Of a stretch of 64,000 nt of DNA, positions 29,727-40,500 are shown piece by piece (positions within the stretch are counted from its first letter, which is position 1; every line of letters starts with the position of its first letter). The DNA is from a virus. The translations under genes were made by a program, and so were the position numbers. The DNA lies in the IMG/VR virus record IMGVR_UViG_3300045146_000214, positions 17,447 to 81,446 of that record. The stretch is one strand, 5' to 3'. A model generated the notes under the pieces. The model was not told the origin of the DNA and did no database searches. It was given only the letters and a program-made list of their open reading frames with translations.

Positions 29727-31149
29727 AGAAAAGTTAGACAATTTCATAAAGAATATTGGCTATAGCGACTGGCACTTAAACCAAGGTGCGCGAGTTTACA
29801 ATAGCGCCAATCGCGCATCTGTATTAAGTGTTTTACACGCATATTTTGCAAGGCTTATAAATCATATGTCGGAAATGTCTGTTGTGGGATGGACGAAAAA
29901 AATGTTATCATCCGGCAAAAGCAAGTGTGCGTATAGGTCAGAGATAGAAGAGGATGAGAATAAGTCAGAGAAAGCATTGGCATCAACCTATGTCGCCGCT
30001 GAGTCGTTTGTCGGTTACGTGTTTGATAGAAGATATTGGCAGTTGCACCAGTGGTTGCATGAAGAAGAAACCAGTAGAAGTCACGCAGGGATGCAAACTA
30101 TTAACGGGCAAAGAGAATCTGTACATAAGGAACATTTAAGCTATAATAAGCATAATTTAATGAAGAATGACTCGATGGCACAAGAAATGAACTTGGACAA
30201 AATTCATGATTATGCTGAAATGATACGTAAAGATAAGGCTGAAGGTGACATAATAGACATCCCGTATGAAAAGATTGGTCAATGGGATTACTGTAAACAT
30301 GTTGACTCCGGTGGTGGTGCTGTTATGGAAAACAACAAATTGTTTAACTTTTTGGATGCGCTGCGAATTGTTCAATCTGCAATGAGCGTTATGCAAATCA
30401 ATCAGCACAACACCGCACCACTATATGCAGTGTGTGGTATGGGTGCAGCGGAAAAATTCAGCATGGCACCAGAAGGAGAACAAGAGGTTGACCATACCGT
30501 ATATCGTTATACTGATATTAACATGGTCAAAAGAAGGTTTGCCCACTATGATATTTTGGCGAAAGAAGCGGCCTTATCTGGTATTGGTGTTGCGGGTAAC
30601 GCTCGCCACACACTGCCATCAGAAAAGTTTTCAGGTTCAACTACAAAAATACTCAACGATCATTTGGTCGCGCATAGTGTTGAAGTAGTAAACGCTATTG
30701 CTGAAGCATCGTATAGACTTGATAATCTTGGCGATGCAGGTGAGTGGAATAGTGCGATTTTTGAACAAACCAGTTTAACCAATAAGAAGATAAACAATCT
30801 TGAAGAGTCGTTTGGTGAGGCGATGTTCAAAAACCATGAAAAGTGCAAGTCATTGTTGAAAAACGGTGACGATCCGCTTATGTTGTATGCTTTTAATGTG
30901 GATGACTCAAAACTTAAGGATGAAGAAAAGAAACGTGTCAGTTATTTTGACACAACACAAGTTGCACCGTCTACGATGCTTGGTGTTGAGAAACTATATG
31001 TAATTCAAACATATGTGGAGAATATCGAAATAGAGGACAAGGGCGTAGAAAAAGCAATGAAAGAAAAAGAAAAAGAAAAAAAGTTAAAAGAAAAGGAAAA
31101 ACCAAAAGAAACACCTATTGACAAACCATTTACGGGTAATATTGCATGA
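29695..31149 (+). CDS. Hypothetical protein
   Basis: ~484-aa ORF (alternative ATG at 29707); KE-rich C-terminus. Confidence 0.7.
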   Translation: MMCNMNKDLNKEKLDNFIKNIGYSDWHLNQGARVYNSANRASVLSVLHAYFARLINHMSEMSVVGWTKKMLSSGKSKCAYRSEIEEDENKSEKALASTYVAAESFVGYVFDRRYWQLHQWLHEEETSRSHAGMQTINGQRESVHKEHLSYNKHNLMKNDSMAQEMNLDKIHDYAEMIRKDKAEGDIIDIPYEKIGQWDYCKHVDSGGGAVMENNKLFNFLDALRIVQSAMSVMQINQHNTAPLYAVCGMGAAEKFSMAPEGEQEVDHTVYRYTDINMVKRRFAHYDILAKEAALSGIGVAGNARHTLPSEKFSGSTTKILNDHLVAHSVEVVNAIAEASYRLDNLGDAGEWNSAIFEQTSLTNKKINNLEESFGEAMFKNHEKCKSLLKNGDDPLMLYAFNVDDSKLKDEEKKRVSYFDTTQVAPSTMLGVEKLYVIQTYVENIEIEDKGVEKAMKEKEKEKKLKEKEKPKETPIDKPFTGNIA

Positions 31150-31577
31150 ATAGACTTTACACATATATAGGACCTTCACTGTATGCAGTTTCAAACAATG
31201 AAACTGTTCCAATTAATTTTGAAACTGTTGAAGTAATACAAGATGGTCATACTATTGAGGTTGTGCCAGCGATAAAGACTGATATTGATTTAATTAACGA
31301 GTCAGTTTATCGAATATTGACGACTAGTAAGGGTGAACGGCCATATTTAAGAGATTTTGGTTGTAATCTTAAATCTTACGTTTTTGAGCCGTTGGATAGT
31401 ATATTGTTTGAGGTGATTAATAAGGAAATTCGTGATGTATTGGGGAAGTGGGAACCGAGAGTTGGTGTGCAGGATATAGCCGTGGAAAAGGCTAGTGAAC
31501 ATACTGTATATATAACGCTGTTGTATTACATTATTTTGGATCAACGGTATTTAATTAAGGCAAGATTTATTCTATGA
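31146..31577 (+). CDS. Baseplate wedge subunit gp25/gpW
   Basis: INESVYRILTTSKGERPYLRDFGCNLKSYVFEP...KWEPRV. Confidence 0.92.
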   Translation: MNRLYTYIGPSLYAVSNNETVPINFETVEVIQDGHTIEVVPAIKTDIDLINESVYRILTTSKGERPYLRDFGCNLKSYVFEPLDSILFEVINKEIRDVLGKWEPRVGVQDIAVEKASEHTVYITLLYYIILDQRYLIKARFIL

Positions 31578-32599
31578 AAATATTGGAACTATTAGAAGAT
31601 TTACAACGTGTTCGAGATACTCCTTATGAACTCGATAAGCAAGTAATTGAGTTATATCGTTGGTCATATTGTTATCAAATGGCACAGCAAGAATTCAGTA
31701 AAACTGGACTTAAACGATTTGAGAATGTTGCAAGAATATTTGAAAGTAATTTTGATCAGTTATATGATGTGGTTACGTCATGGTTAATACCTACGTTTGA
31801 GTTTTGGTTAAGCACGCATAATGTTGATAATCCTAAACAGTGGGCAAGAGCCATTGCAGAAATGCATAATAAGTTATATGTTAGAGAATATGATAGTATT
31901 TATGGTTATTTTAGAGATAATGACAGCTTTGTTCATGGTGGCGTGATAGTTGGAATGACAGAAATTTTTCCATATCTGTTTTCCGTTGATAAAGTGTATA
32001 GTGGCTATGGTGTAAACGGACTTTTAGAGATGTTTGGATACTATTATGTTAATAAGTTTGTTAAAAAAGGCATAAATGACGTTGACTCAGGCGACCCAAA
32101 CGCATTGAGCGAGTTTTTAGAAGAAAAAGGTCTAATGGATGGCTTTGTGGATTGGTGCAGAAAAAATGAAAGAATGCTGGTAGAAGAAATGATTGATAGT
32201 CTTGGGAGAGAGATTATTAAAGATGATTGGTTTATTAACAGTTGTGTTGGTAGTGAGGACAAAATACTTGACAGATTATCTACTGCGCTATACGAAAAAC
32301 TTTATAATAAGTATGTTGCTGTGCACCCAGATATTAAGCTAATATATAAAAAGAATAAAGCTATTCTGGACAAACTTGTTGCGTCATCTTCAACAAATGA
32401 TAAAATAGTGAATATCAATATTGCCATTAACGCCGTGCATAAAAATGGTAGTATGCTTGATTATGTTGTTGAAGCAAACGAAGATATTGATAATGAAGGT
32501 GGTGCCGAGCACATCGAAAACGTGTTGGAAGGATTGTCGAATGGAGAGTATGACGATGAGTTTCATGAAACACTTGATGAAGTTGGAATACAATATTAA
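31574..32599 (+). CDS. Hypothetical protein (possible internal head protein) inserted between gp25 and gp6
   Basis: 341 aa; leader MKILELLE; ATGA overlap. Confidence 0.7.
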   Translation: MKILELLEDLQRVRDTPYELDKQVIELYRWSYCYQMAQQEFSKTGLKRFENVARIFESNFDQLYDVVTSWLIPTFEFWLSTHNVDNPKQWARAIAEMHNKLYVREYDSIYGYFRDNDSFVHGGVIVGMTEIFPYLFSVDKVYSGYGVNGLLEMFGYYYVNKFVKKGINDVDSGDPNALSEFLEEKGLMDGFVDWCRKNERMLVEEMIDSLGREIIKDDWFINSCVGSEDKILDRLSTALYEKLYNKYVAVHPDIKLIYKKNKAILDKLVASSSTNDKIVNINIAINAVHKNGSMLDYVVEANEDIDNEGGAEHIENVLEGLSNGEYDDEFHETLDEVGIQY

Positions 32600-32613
32600 T
32601 TGGAGATTTTACA

Positions 32614-35600
32614 ATGGCTAGACAAAAAATGCCCTTACTGCCTCGTATCAAATTTTCAGCATTAGATTATGATGCTGTCAATAATGATATTGTGCAATAT
32701 TTAAAAGCAGCATATCCCGATAATTGGAATGATTTTCTGGAGAGTAACGCTGGAAAAATGTTTGTTGACATGTTCAGTTATTTTGGAGAATTATTAGGTT
32801 ATCGTATTGACGTTGCTGCCAATGAGTGCTTTCTTCCCACTGCTCGTTCTCGTGCAGATATTATCCGATTGCTACAATTAATAGATTATCACTTAAAATC
32901 AGTTGGTCAGGCATCCGTTCAAATTGATGCAACACGATTAGATACAGTGTTAACTAATAGTGCTGTTTCAAATCGCAATGTGCAATCTCGTTATTATGAT
33001 GTGGTTGTTTCAGATTTAGCCAATGGTATTAATACACAATTAACAGCACGTGGAACAAACGGTAAAGAAGTTCCTTTTACGGTGCTTGCAGCGCAATATG
33101 ATTATGACAGTAGAGTTTCTATTTTGCATACACACGAAATAGATAATTATGGTAATGTGGCATCAGTAAACAGTGCGGCACAAGTTATCAATGCATATGA
33201 GGGTATTGTAATATATGATCTCATAACAGATGTAACTGGAGAAGAATATCAGACCTATTACACATCAAAGGGTAATGTTGTTTTTGGTTCATTAAAGGTT
33301 TATATTGATAAAGGTCTTGGCTGGGAATTGTTGCAGCCTAATCAATATCTGTTAAACTCTCCTGTTGATATTAGTGCGGAAAAAATCGTATATCGCACAG
33401 AGTATACAGAAGATTACAAGGCGAGAATTTCATTTGGTGATGATAAGTTTGGCGGCATTCCAAAGACTGGTTATAAAATCAAAATGGTTTACATGATTGG
33501 TGTTGGTGAACTTGGTAATGTGTCATCACGAAGTATCAATAAACGTGTATTATGCCCGATTGTTGATAATATTAACAGTCAACCAAACTCTGTGCTTGAT
33601 TATATCAATGTGTATTTCATTAACAATACACCGGCAACGGGTGGTAGCAATCCAGAAACTCTGTCAAACGCTATTCAGTATGCGCCATTGACATTACGCG
33701 CTAATGAAAAGATGAATACCAGAGAGGATTACAAAATTCTTCTGGAAAATAATCCATCTGTTAAAGAAGCATATGTTGAAGACGATTTAATTAACGATGA
33801 AACGCCAGTTTATACGGTCAATCTCTATATTTTACAAAATGGTGCGATTTCAACAGCATCATATATGTCATTAAGTTCATCATTATACAATTCTATTAAG
33901 CAATATGTTGATGAGCGTAAGGTTATTGGTATTGACAATAACATTTTTCCTGCTGATGTAAAATTGGTTAAAGTTGAAGTTACTGTTAAAAAGAATTCTT
34001 TTGCGAATGCTTCTGTGGTTTCTGAAAAGATCAAATTGGCAATAGAAGAGTATGTTACACAAACTAAAAACTCTCTTGGAACCAATGTTGAAGTGTCAGA
34101 AATAAGCGGTTTGATACAATCTATTGATGGTGTTGATTATGTGCAATCCATCAATGTATATGTTTCTCCGAATATTGTTATAACAACAAATGATACAGAA
34201 ATTTTGTTATCAACACAGCGCAAGGCTTCTGACGCAAAGGTTGAAATACTACACAAAACCAACAAAAACGAGTCGCCGATATTTAATTATTTGCAAATGG
34301 CAGGCTCAAATGAGTATGATTCATATTATCACACTTACAAGAAGCTTAAAAATTCATTAATACCATATGACAAGAATGGCGTATATCTTGGTGATGACGT
34401 GGTTAATAACTGGTTGTTGTATTCCTATAACTTCAACGATAAATATGATTATGAGAAAAAGGTTTATCGTGGTGCCGACCCGAAAATTGTCAATAATGTG
34501 CAACAGGAGGCAAGAGCGTGTGTTGTTGCGAATGTCATAGACACATATGTTATAACTTCCACAGAAAGAACAATTCAAGACGGTCAAGAAGGCATAGGCA
34601 TGGAGTATTTGTATAATTACATGTTCAATGTTTACAACACCAATGACAATCTTCTTATTCTCAATGTTAGAAAGCCAGAAGGAAACATTATTGTTAAGAT
34701 AAATTTTTCCCGTAACAACTTAATTCAATGCCGTAACGAAAACGGTTTTTCAGAAAGCCAAGATGCAAGTTTCCCTCAAACGGGATTAACGCCAAAGAGC
34801 TTTACAGAGTTTATTAATTGGTATATCGGCAAGTATTATAGTGTGTTTTATGTTAAGGATGAAAGTTTAAAATATGAACTATGGTCGGAGCAATATGGCG
34901 ATTATGGTATAAAACTCTTGTGCCGTTATCCGTTTTCATCATTAGACTCGTATAGTGACGAAGCAGGAAATATTCTTAACAACAATGCTCATTCCCTTAT
35001 TGGTTTTAGTGATAAAGAAGCATTTAAGGATGCCGTAGACAACCGTTATTTACCATGTGAAGGCGGTATGCTGTTGCGTCAAGGCGAAAACAAGTTGTGG
35101 TTTAAGATAAATGGCAATGATGAGATTGTTGAGTTGCCATTAGGTAAACCTTCAATGGTTATCACTAATCCTCCGCTAGGCGTGTCTGTTATCGGAACAG
35201 CCAAATATCCATTGCCGTTATCGGAAGAGAGTTCTGCTATGGTAGAAATTGATGATGACATGTATGAGATAGTGTTTTCTCATTATCCAAAGCGTTTTAT
35301 TATTGATGACAACATGTGGAAACTCAATAATGAACTTGACTTGTCGGACGATATCAACATTGTCAATACATGGGGAACTGGCTCAATCAATGACATATTG
35401 TTTAAGATGACCCAAAACTTCAGAGACAAAAAAGTTTTATCTACAACGAACTTTGAGAAACCTATTGCGTCTGATACCGACATCATCAATATTTGGAGCG
35501 ACAATATTCAATTTTGGAATGCATTTAGTGTATTCTATGACATCATGCGTAAAGAAGTTGACAAGGTTATTAATTTTAAAAACAATCCATATAAGTATGA

Positions 35601-37515
35601 TTTTGAAAAGGCCAAATCGAGTATTGAGTCCTTTGTTGTTGAAATAATGAAGCAACCATTGGGCACGTTTAAAAAATTTGTCAACGACTTTTTAAGTATC
35701 AATGTTAATATTGATGTTAATTTCAACATTGGTGATGATGCCAGTGCCGTCAACAAGACAGTCAATCTTAATGTTGGTGCATATCAATTGAATACACTTA
35801 GAAATAAGGATGAAATACTTTCTTATATGTCTAAGCAGGGGTTAATCAGCAAAGAAGACCTTGAAAGAATTTCTAATGAACGACATATATATAGCAGTTT
35901 GTCAATTGCAAGTACAATAATGCAAAAATATGCAGCATTACAGGCATATTTAAATCAATTTGTCAATATGCTATTCCCACCCGTAGCGTCATCATCAAAA
36001 GAAGCATTTCCTCTTGTTGGAAACGCAAAAAACTTCAAGGCCAAAGGAACTTTTGAGCTTTCAGCATCGGTGTATATTGATGAGTATGTTTCATTTTTCA
36101 ATATTGACAACAATAGCAGCGAAGGTGTCAATATTAATTTTATCAAGGGTGCCGTCAATGATTATGCTGGTTGGTTTTCATATGATAAGTTCCAAAAATC
36201 AAGAGAATTTCATACGTTGGCCTACACTATAGCGAAGATGTTTTATCGGTTTAAAGAAGACATGATATTAACGAGTAAACAGTATCTTTTACAACAGAAT
36301 AATCTTCTATATAATGAACTGCCTGAGCTTGCCGATAGTTCATGGGATATTTTTAGCAAAAGCGATTATTCCTCATTAAGCGATAGTGAAATTAAGCTGC
36401 TGAATAAAGAGTTTAAAGAATATATAGCCAATACATATGTTTTCCGAGTGCCAAGATCTATTATTGAAGAAGGTGAATATGTAATAGAGTGTAAGGCGAT
36501 TAAGAATTATAATGACCCGCGCTTTGTGAACTTAGAAAGTGCGCCGGAGTCAAGAGTGGTCACAATACAACGAAATCATGTTGATACCGCTATTTATCCA
36601 ATAGAAACGCAAATGTTTCCAGAGATAACAACGTTGAATTGTTATACAAATACTATTGTAATGTCAAATGATAATATACCAAAACGTATTACGTGGAAAA
36701 TTAAACAGCAAATTGATACAACATCTACACGCCCACAATTGACCGCATGGCGTCTGGATGCATTTGACGAAAACTTCAATGCTTCAGATGTGTTGCAGCA
36801 AAGGTCAACACTTTTGAAAGAGGGTGAAATTAATTCATATGTTATTGGTTCGGCACTCGATGATATTCAGTTTGATTCGGCGACCAATGCACCATCTATT
36901 GTATTTGACTCGGCAGATTGGACAAAATTGGTATGCGATATATCTTTTTTTGGCGAAGCACCGCAAAGAATTGTGTTTGATTTGATAAGTGCATTTGGAC
37001 CAAATATTTCTGTTGTTCCAATACAGCGCTTAATTGATGCAATTAATGCTATATCATATAAGACGTTTAAAAAGCCGTTTTACGCTTTCTTGGTGGATGA
37101 AAATAGAATTGGTATTTACTCAGCATTGCCATATGTCAAGTTTCTTCTAAGCGAACAGCCCAAAACGCTAAACTATTACATTGGCGTAGAGAACAAGTCA
37201 ATCAACAATATTGTGTTGCTTGACTTAACGCCGGATATGTTTCTTAACAGACAACCTGGCTTATATTACATTCGCTGTGAAGTGTCACCCGCAAATTTAT
37301 CTGTTACCGACAAGCCGTTTTCTTACATACGAGTATTTTGGAACAAGAAACCGGATTATACAGGAACGCTTTCAACAGAAGAAGTTGCACAAGAAATCAT
37401 TAACCAAATACCCAATGAAAACAAATACATAGCAGATAACGTAGTGTGTAATGATAAGCAATTTGCCATGTTTGGCGGAAGTAACAATGATTCAATTAAA
37501 ATCAATGTAGTTTAA
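32614..37515 (+). CDS. Baseplate wedge subunit gp6/gpJ-like with ~1100-aa C-terminal extension
   Basis: FSALDYD...WNDFLESNAG...ANECFLPTA, FGDDKFGGIP, ATGGSNPET..A...AP, TREDYK. Confidence 0.9.
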   Translation: MARQKMPLLPRIKFSALDYDAVNNDIVQYLKAAYPDNWNDFLESNAGKMFVDMFSYFGELLGYRIDVAANECFLPTARSRADIIRLLQLIDYHLKSVGQASVQIDATRLDTVLTNSAVSNRNVQSRYYDVVVSDLANGINTQLTARGTNGKEVPFTVLAAQYDYDSRVSILHTHEIDNYGNVASVNSAAQVINAYEGIVIYDLITDVTGEEYQTYYTSKGNVVFGSLKVYIDKGLGWELLQPNQYLLNSPVDISAEKIVYRTEYTEDYKARISFGDDKFGGIPKTGYKIKMVYMIGVGELGNVSSRSINKRVLCPIVDNINSQPNSVLDYINVYFINNTPATGGSNPETLSNAIQYAPLTLRANEKMNTREDYKILLENNPSVKEAYVEDDLINDETPVYTVNLYILQNGAISTASYMSLSSSLYNSIKQYVDERKVIGIDNNIFPADVKLVKVEVTVKKNSFANASVVSEKIKLAIEEYVTQTKNSLGTNVEVSEISGLIQSIDGVDYVQSINVYVSPNIVITTNDTEILLSTQRKASDAKVEILHKTNKNESPIFNYLQMAGSNEYDSYYHTYKKLKNSLIPYDKNGVYLGDDVVNNWLLYSYNFNDKYDYEKKVYRGADPKIVNNVQQEARACVVANVIDTYVITSTERTIQDGQEGIGMEYLYNYMFNVYNTNDNLLILNVRKPEGNIIVKINFSRNNLIQCRNENGFSESQDASFPQTGLTPKSFTEFINWYIGKYYSVFYVKDESLKYELWSEQYGDYGIKLLCRYPFSSLDSYSDEAGNILNNNAHSLIGFSDKEAFKDAVDNRYLPCEGGMLLRQGENKLWFKINGNDEIVELPLGKPSMVITNPPLGVSVIGTAKYPLPLSEESSAMVEIDDDMYEIVFSHYPKRFIIDDNMWKLNNELDLSDDINIVNTWGTGSINDILFKMTQNFRDKKVLSTTNFEKPIASDTDIINIWSDNIQFWNAFSVFYDIMRKEVDKVINFKNNPYKYDFEKAKSSIESFVVEIMKQPLGTFKKFVNDFLSINVNIDVNFNIGDDASAVNKTVNLNVGAYQLNTLRNKDEILSYMSKQGLISKEDLERISNERHIYSSLSIASTIMQKYAALQAYLNQFVNMLFPPVASSSKEAFPLVGNAKNFKAKGTFELSASVYIDEYVSFFNIDNNSSEGVNINFIKGAVNDYAGWFSYDKFQKSREFHTLAYTIAKMFYRFKEDMILTSKQYLLQQNNLLYNELPELADSSWDIFSKSDYSSLSDSEIKLLNKEFKEYIANTYVFRVPRSIIEEGEYVIECKAIKNYNDPRFVNLESAPESRVVTIQRNHVDTAIYPIETQMFPEITTLNCYTNTIVMSNDNIPKRITWKIKQQIDTTSTRPQLTAWRLDAFDENFNASDVLQQRSTLLKEGEINSYVIGSALDDIQFDSATNAPSIVFDSADWTKLVCDISFFGEAPQRIVFDLISAFGPNISVVPIQRLIDAINAISYKTFKKPFYAFLVDENRIGIYSALPYVKFLLSEQPKTLNYYIGVENKSINNIVLLDLTPDMFLNRQPGLYYIRCEVSPANLSVTDKPFSYIRVFWNKKPDYTGTLSTEEVAQEIINQIPNENKYIADNVVCNDKQFAMFGGSNNDSIKINVV

Positions 37516-37516
37516 A

Positions 37517-40500
37517 ATGGATACAACAGACAAAAACAATGTATACAGTAAGTTGGGGTTCTTTGAACAGAACATATTTCAATATGTTCCTATACAAGAC
37601 GCCAATTTTATAGAGGAAAAGACTAATCTTCTGAAGAGTTTTCTACAACGTGCAGGATTTAATCTTGATAATACGGTTGTAGATGTTGAGTCAATTCAAA
37701 GATTTTATTGGTTGGACGATAATTATTCCAATGCGTTACGTAATGCGACTTTTAGAGAAGAGAATGAGCAGTTTCGTCATTGGACTACCTTTACCGACTA
37801 TTCGTTGTCTGATTACTATGATTACTCATATGTCGAACAACAAGAAAAGCCCAATGCTGTTTTAGAAGAGAAGTTTTACTCGAACATAATGAGCAATATT
37901 GATGTTGAGCAGTATTTGAAATTTAATGTATTGCTTAATGCGGAAATTGATAAAGGCATCATCACAACACTCAATCATAATTCTGATGAATATGGTGTCT
38001 ATATACAAGAAGGCAGTAATCAAGGTAAAGAAGAAACGTATTCATTTGATGAAATTCTCAATATTGTTAGAAGAGAATATCTTGAAGTTGGCACAAGTGT
38101 TTTTGTTACAAGATTACAAGAAGGCTCCAAGGGCACAAAAGGAAATATTAGCACAATTCACTTTAATCGTGTTGATAGCGGCTTTTACATCTATATTGGT
38201 TTTCTCAAAAACATACTTGGTTCCAATGATGCTGTTTTGACATTCTTAAAGCAGATAAGCAATGTTGACAGTTCACATCAACCATATATGGCGCGACAAA
38301 CACTTATTGATTATTTCAAAGTGTTGGAAGATAAGTATGTGGTCATTAGAAATGCTGTAGAAAAATTTGGTATTAACTATAAAGAATCATTCAATGCTGT
38401 TTGTGGTGAAGAGTTGAATGATCTTGGCGATGCGCTTCGTGCCGGTGAAATTAACGATAGTCAGTATAAGCACCTTCAAGATGAAATACTGAAAAAATAC
38501 TCAGATGAGAACGAGTTTTTCTCTACGAATGTTATCACTACAGTTGACGATTACAATAAAGCTCCTTATGTAATTAAGTCTGCCATACGAACACTCTATA
38601 CGAATTCATTGGCATATACACAATCACTTAACCCAAATGCAGATAGTTATTATTATGATACAGTTACTGCAATTACCAATGAAGAAAAGATATACACGCT
38701 CCTGCCAGAAGACGTAGACGCTATAAAGAATGGAAGAATTTATGTGTTTCCAAATCTTGCATATGCGAATACTATTATTCTTAATAAGAACTTAACACCA
38801 ACTATTTCTAATGATGATATTGACGTTTTGAATTTGGATGCCGCGCAAGTTGGGGAACTTATTACAGAGATAGAAGGAAATTCGATAAATCCATATAAAG
38901 TCGCAATGGATAACGGTGAGTATCAAAAATGTTACTTTTCTGTTGCGAACGATCATGCTGTTGGTGCCAAACAAATAGCGAGATTTCAACGGCACGTTAC
39001 CGATGTGCGTCTTAATTATATTGTCAATGTTGAGCCAATTGTGTTTACATATAACACAACTGATGATGTTTACGCATTGCTGGTTGACAACACTCGTCTT
39101 GGAAGGGATATTTCCGTTGACCAGTTTGTGACTAAAGAGAGAATGAACAGTTCTGAAGAGATTATTTGTGATTTATATAATGAAAAACATCGTAGTGTTA
39201 ATAACACTTACATCCTCTATGCTCGTCAAAATATACCAAATAATAAGGTTGGTTTAGACAAAATACGCAACAGTATTGGTTGGAGTTCATTTGACAGCCC
39301 ATGGAGAAAACAAAGCGACGGGACACCATATACTGATTGGTATGAAGAAATTGAATGGGTAGAAAATCCCTTATCATATAAGTTCTCAATGAATGATACT
39401 GTTTTCTCGTTCAATATTCTTGAGCCATATCCAGGAACCGACAATATCTGCCGTGCAATCACACAAGCAATCAATGGCGATGGCGACACGTTATACGCAG
39501 TGTATGGTATAACGTGTTTAGCGACCAATGATGGCTTGCTGTATTTTATCGGCAATGATGAAATGACATTAAAGAGAGTGAACGATGAAGCTGGATATCG
39601 TTTTTGGGAAAATTTAGGGTTCACACGCTTTAAAATTGGTGCATGGCAAAAACCAAACAACTATTATGCGGTGGAGTCAACACAAAATTTAGCATATCCG
39701 ATGGACAAAAAATGGAGTATGATTGTTGATGTTAATGATACAACGATTATACTCAATGGAGCAATTGATTTGGCAACAAAAACTGCATTGTCAAATTCAG
39801 ATGAAAAATATAATTTGTTCGATAAGACTGTTGAAGATTTGACAACGGCAAAGTTGCGCATAACTGAAGAGCCTTATACGGTAGAAGTTCTCAATGCGTA
39901 TCATACTGCATTTGTAGCTGATATTCAAAAGCAGTTAGACGATCAATACAACAAAAAAGATGGAGTTGAGCTTGAGAACAGTAAACGTATTAATGTGTAT
40001 AGAGTTCCCGACACGAATTTCACTATAGGTATTGAGTCATATAATCAACCGTTCTTTATCAAGGCGTATGACAACAAGGGCGATGGTTTGACCTCATGGA
40101 GAAACCTATACTTTGATAATATTTTGTATAGTGAAATCAATGATGATGTTTACTCATATGAAACATGGATAAATACAGATTTAAATAAGACAGCATATCG
40201 TTACGATTACAGAGAATTAATTGCCAAACAAAGTATTAGTGATGCTCCTGATGATAGTGCTGTTCTCCACGACAATTACTTTTATTTTACCTGCAACGTC
40301 AACACAACAGAAAACTTTTCTCTTATTGTGCCCCGCCGCTGGATGTTGCCAAAATATTCGATAATTAGTGAAGCTCTTCCTGATGATTTGTCTACAGCGC
40401 GTGGTGATATTGTATTTTATAAGTATACACCATCTGATGTTACTGCTACTACCAAATCATCCATACAATATTGGACAGAAGGCAATAACTCATTATGCTT

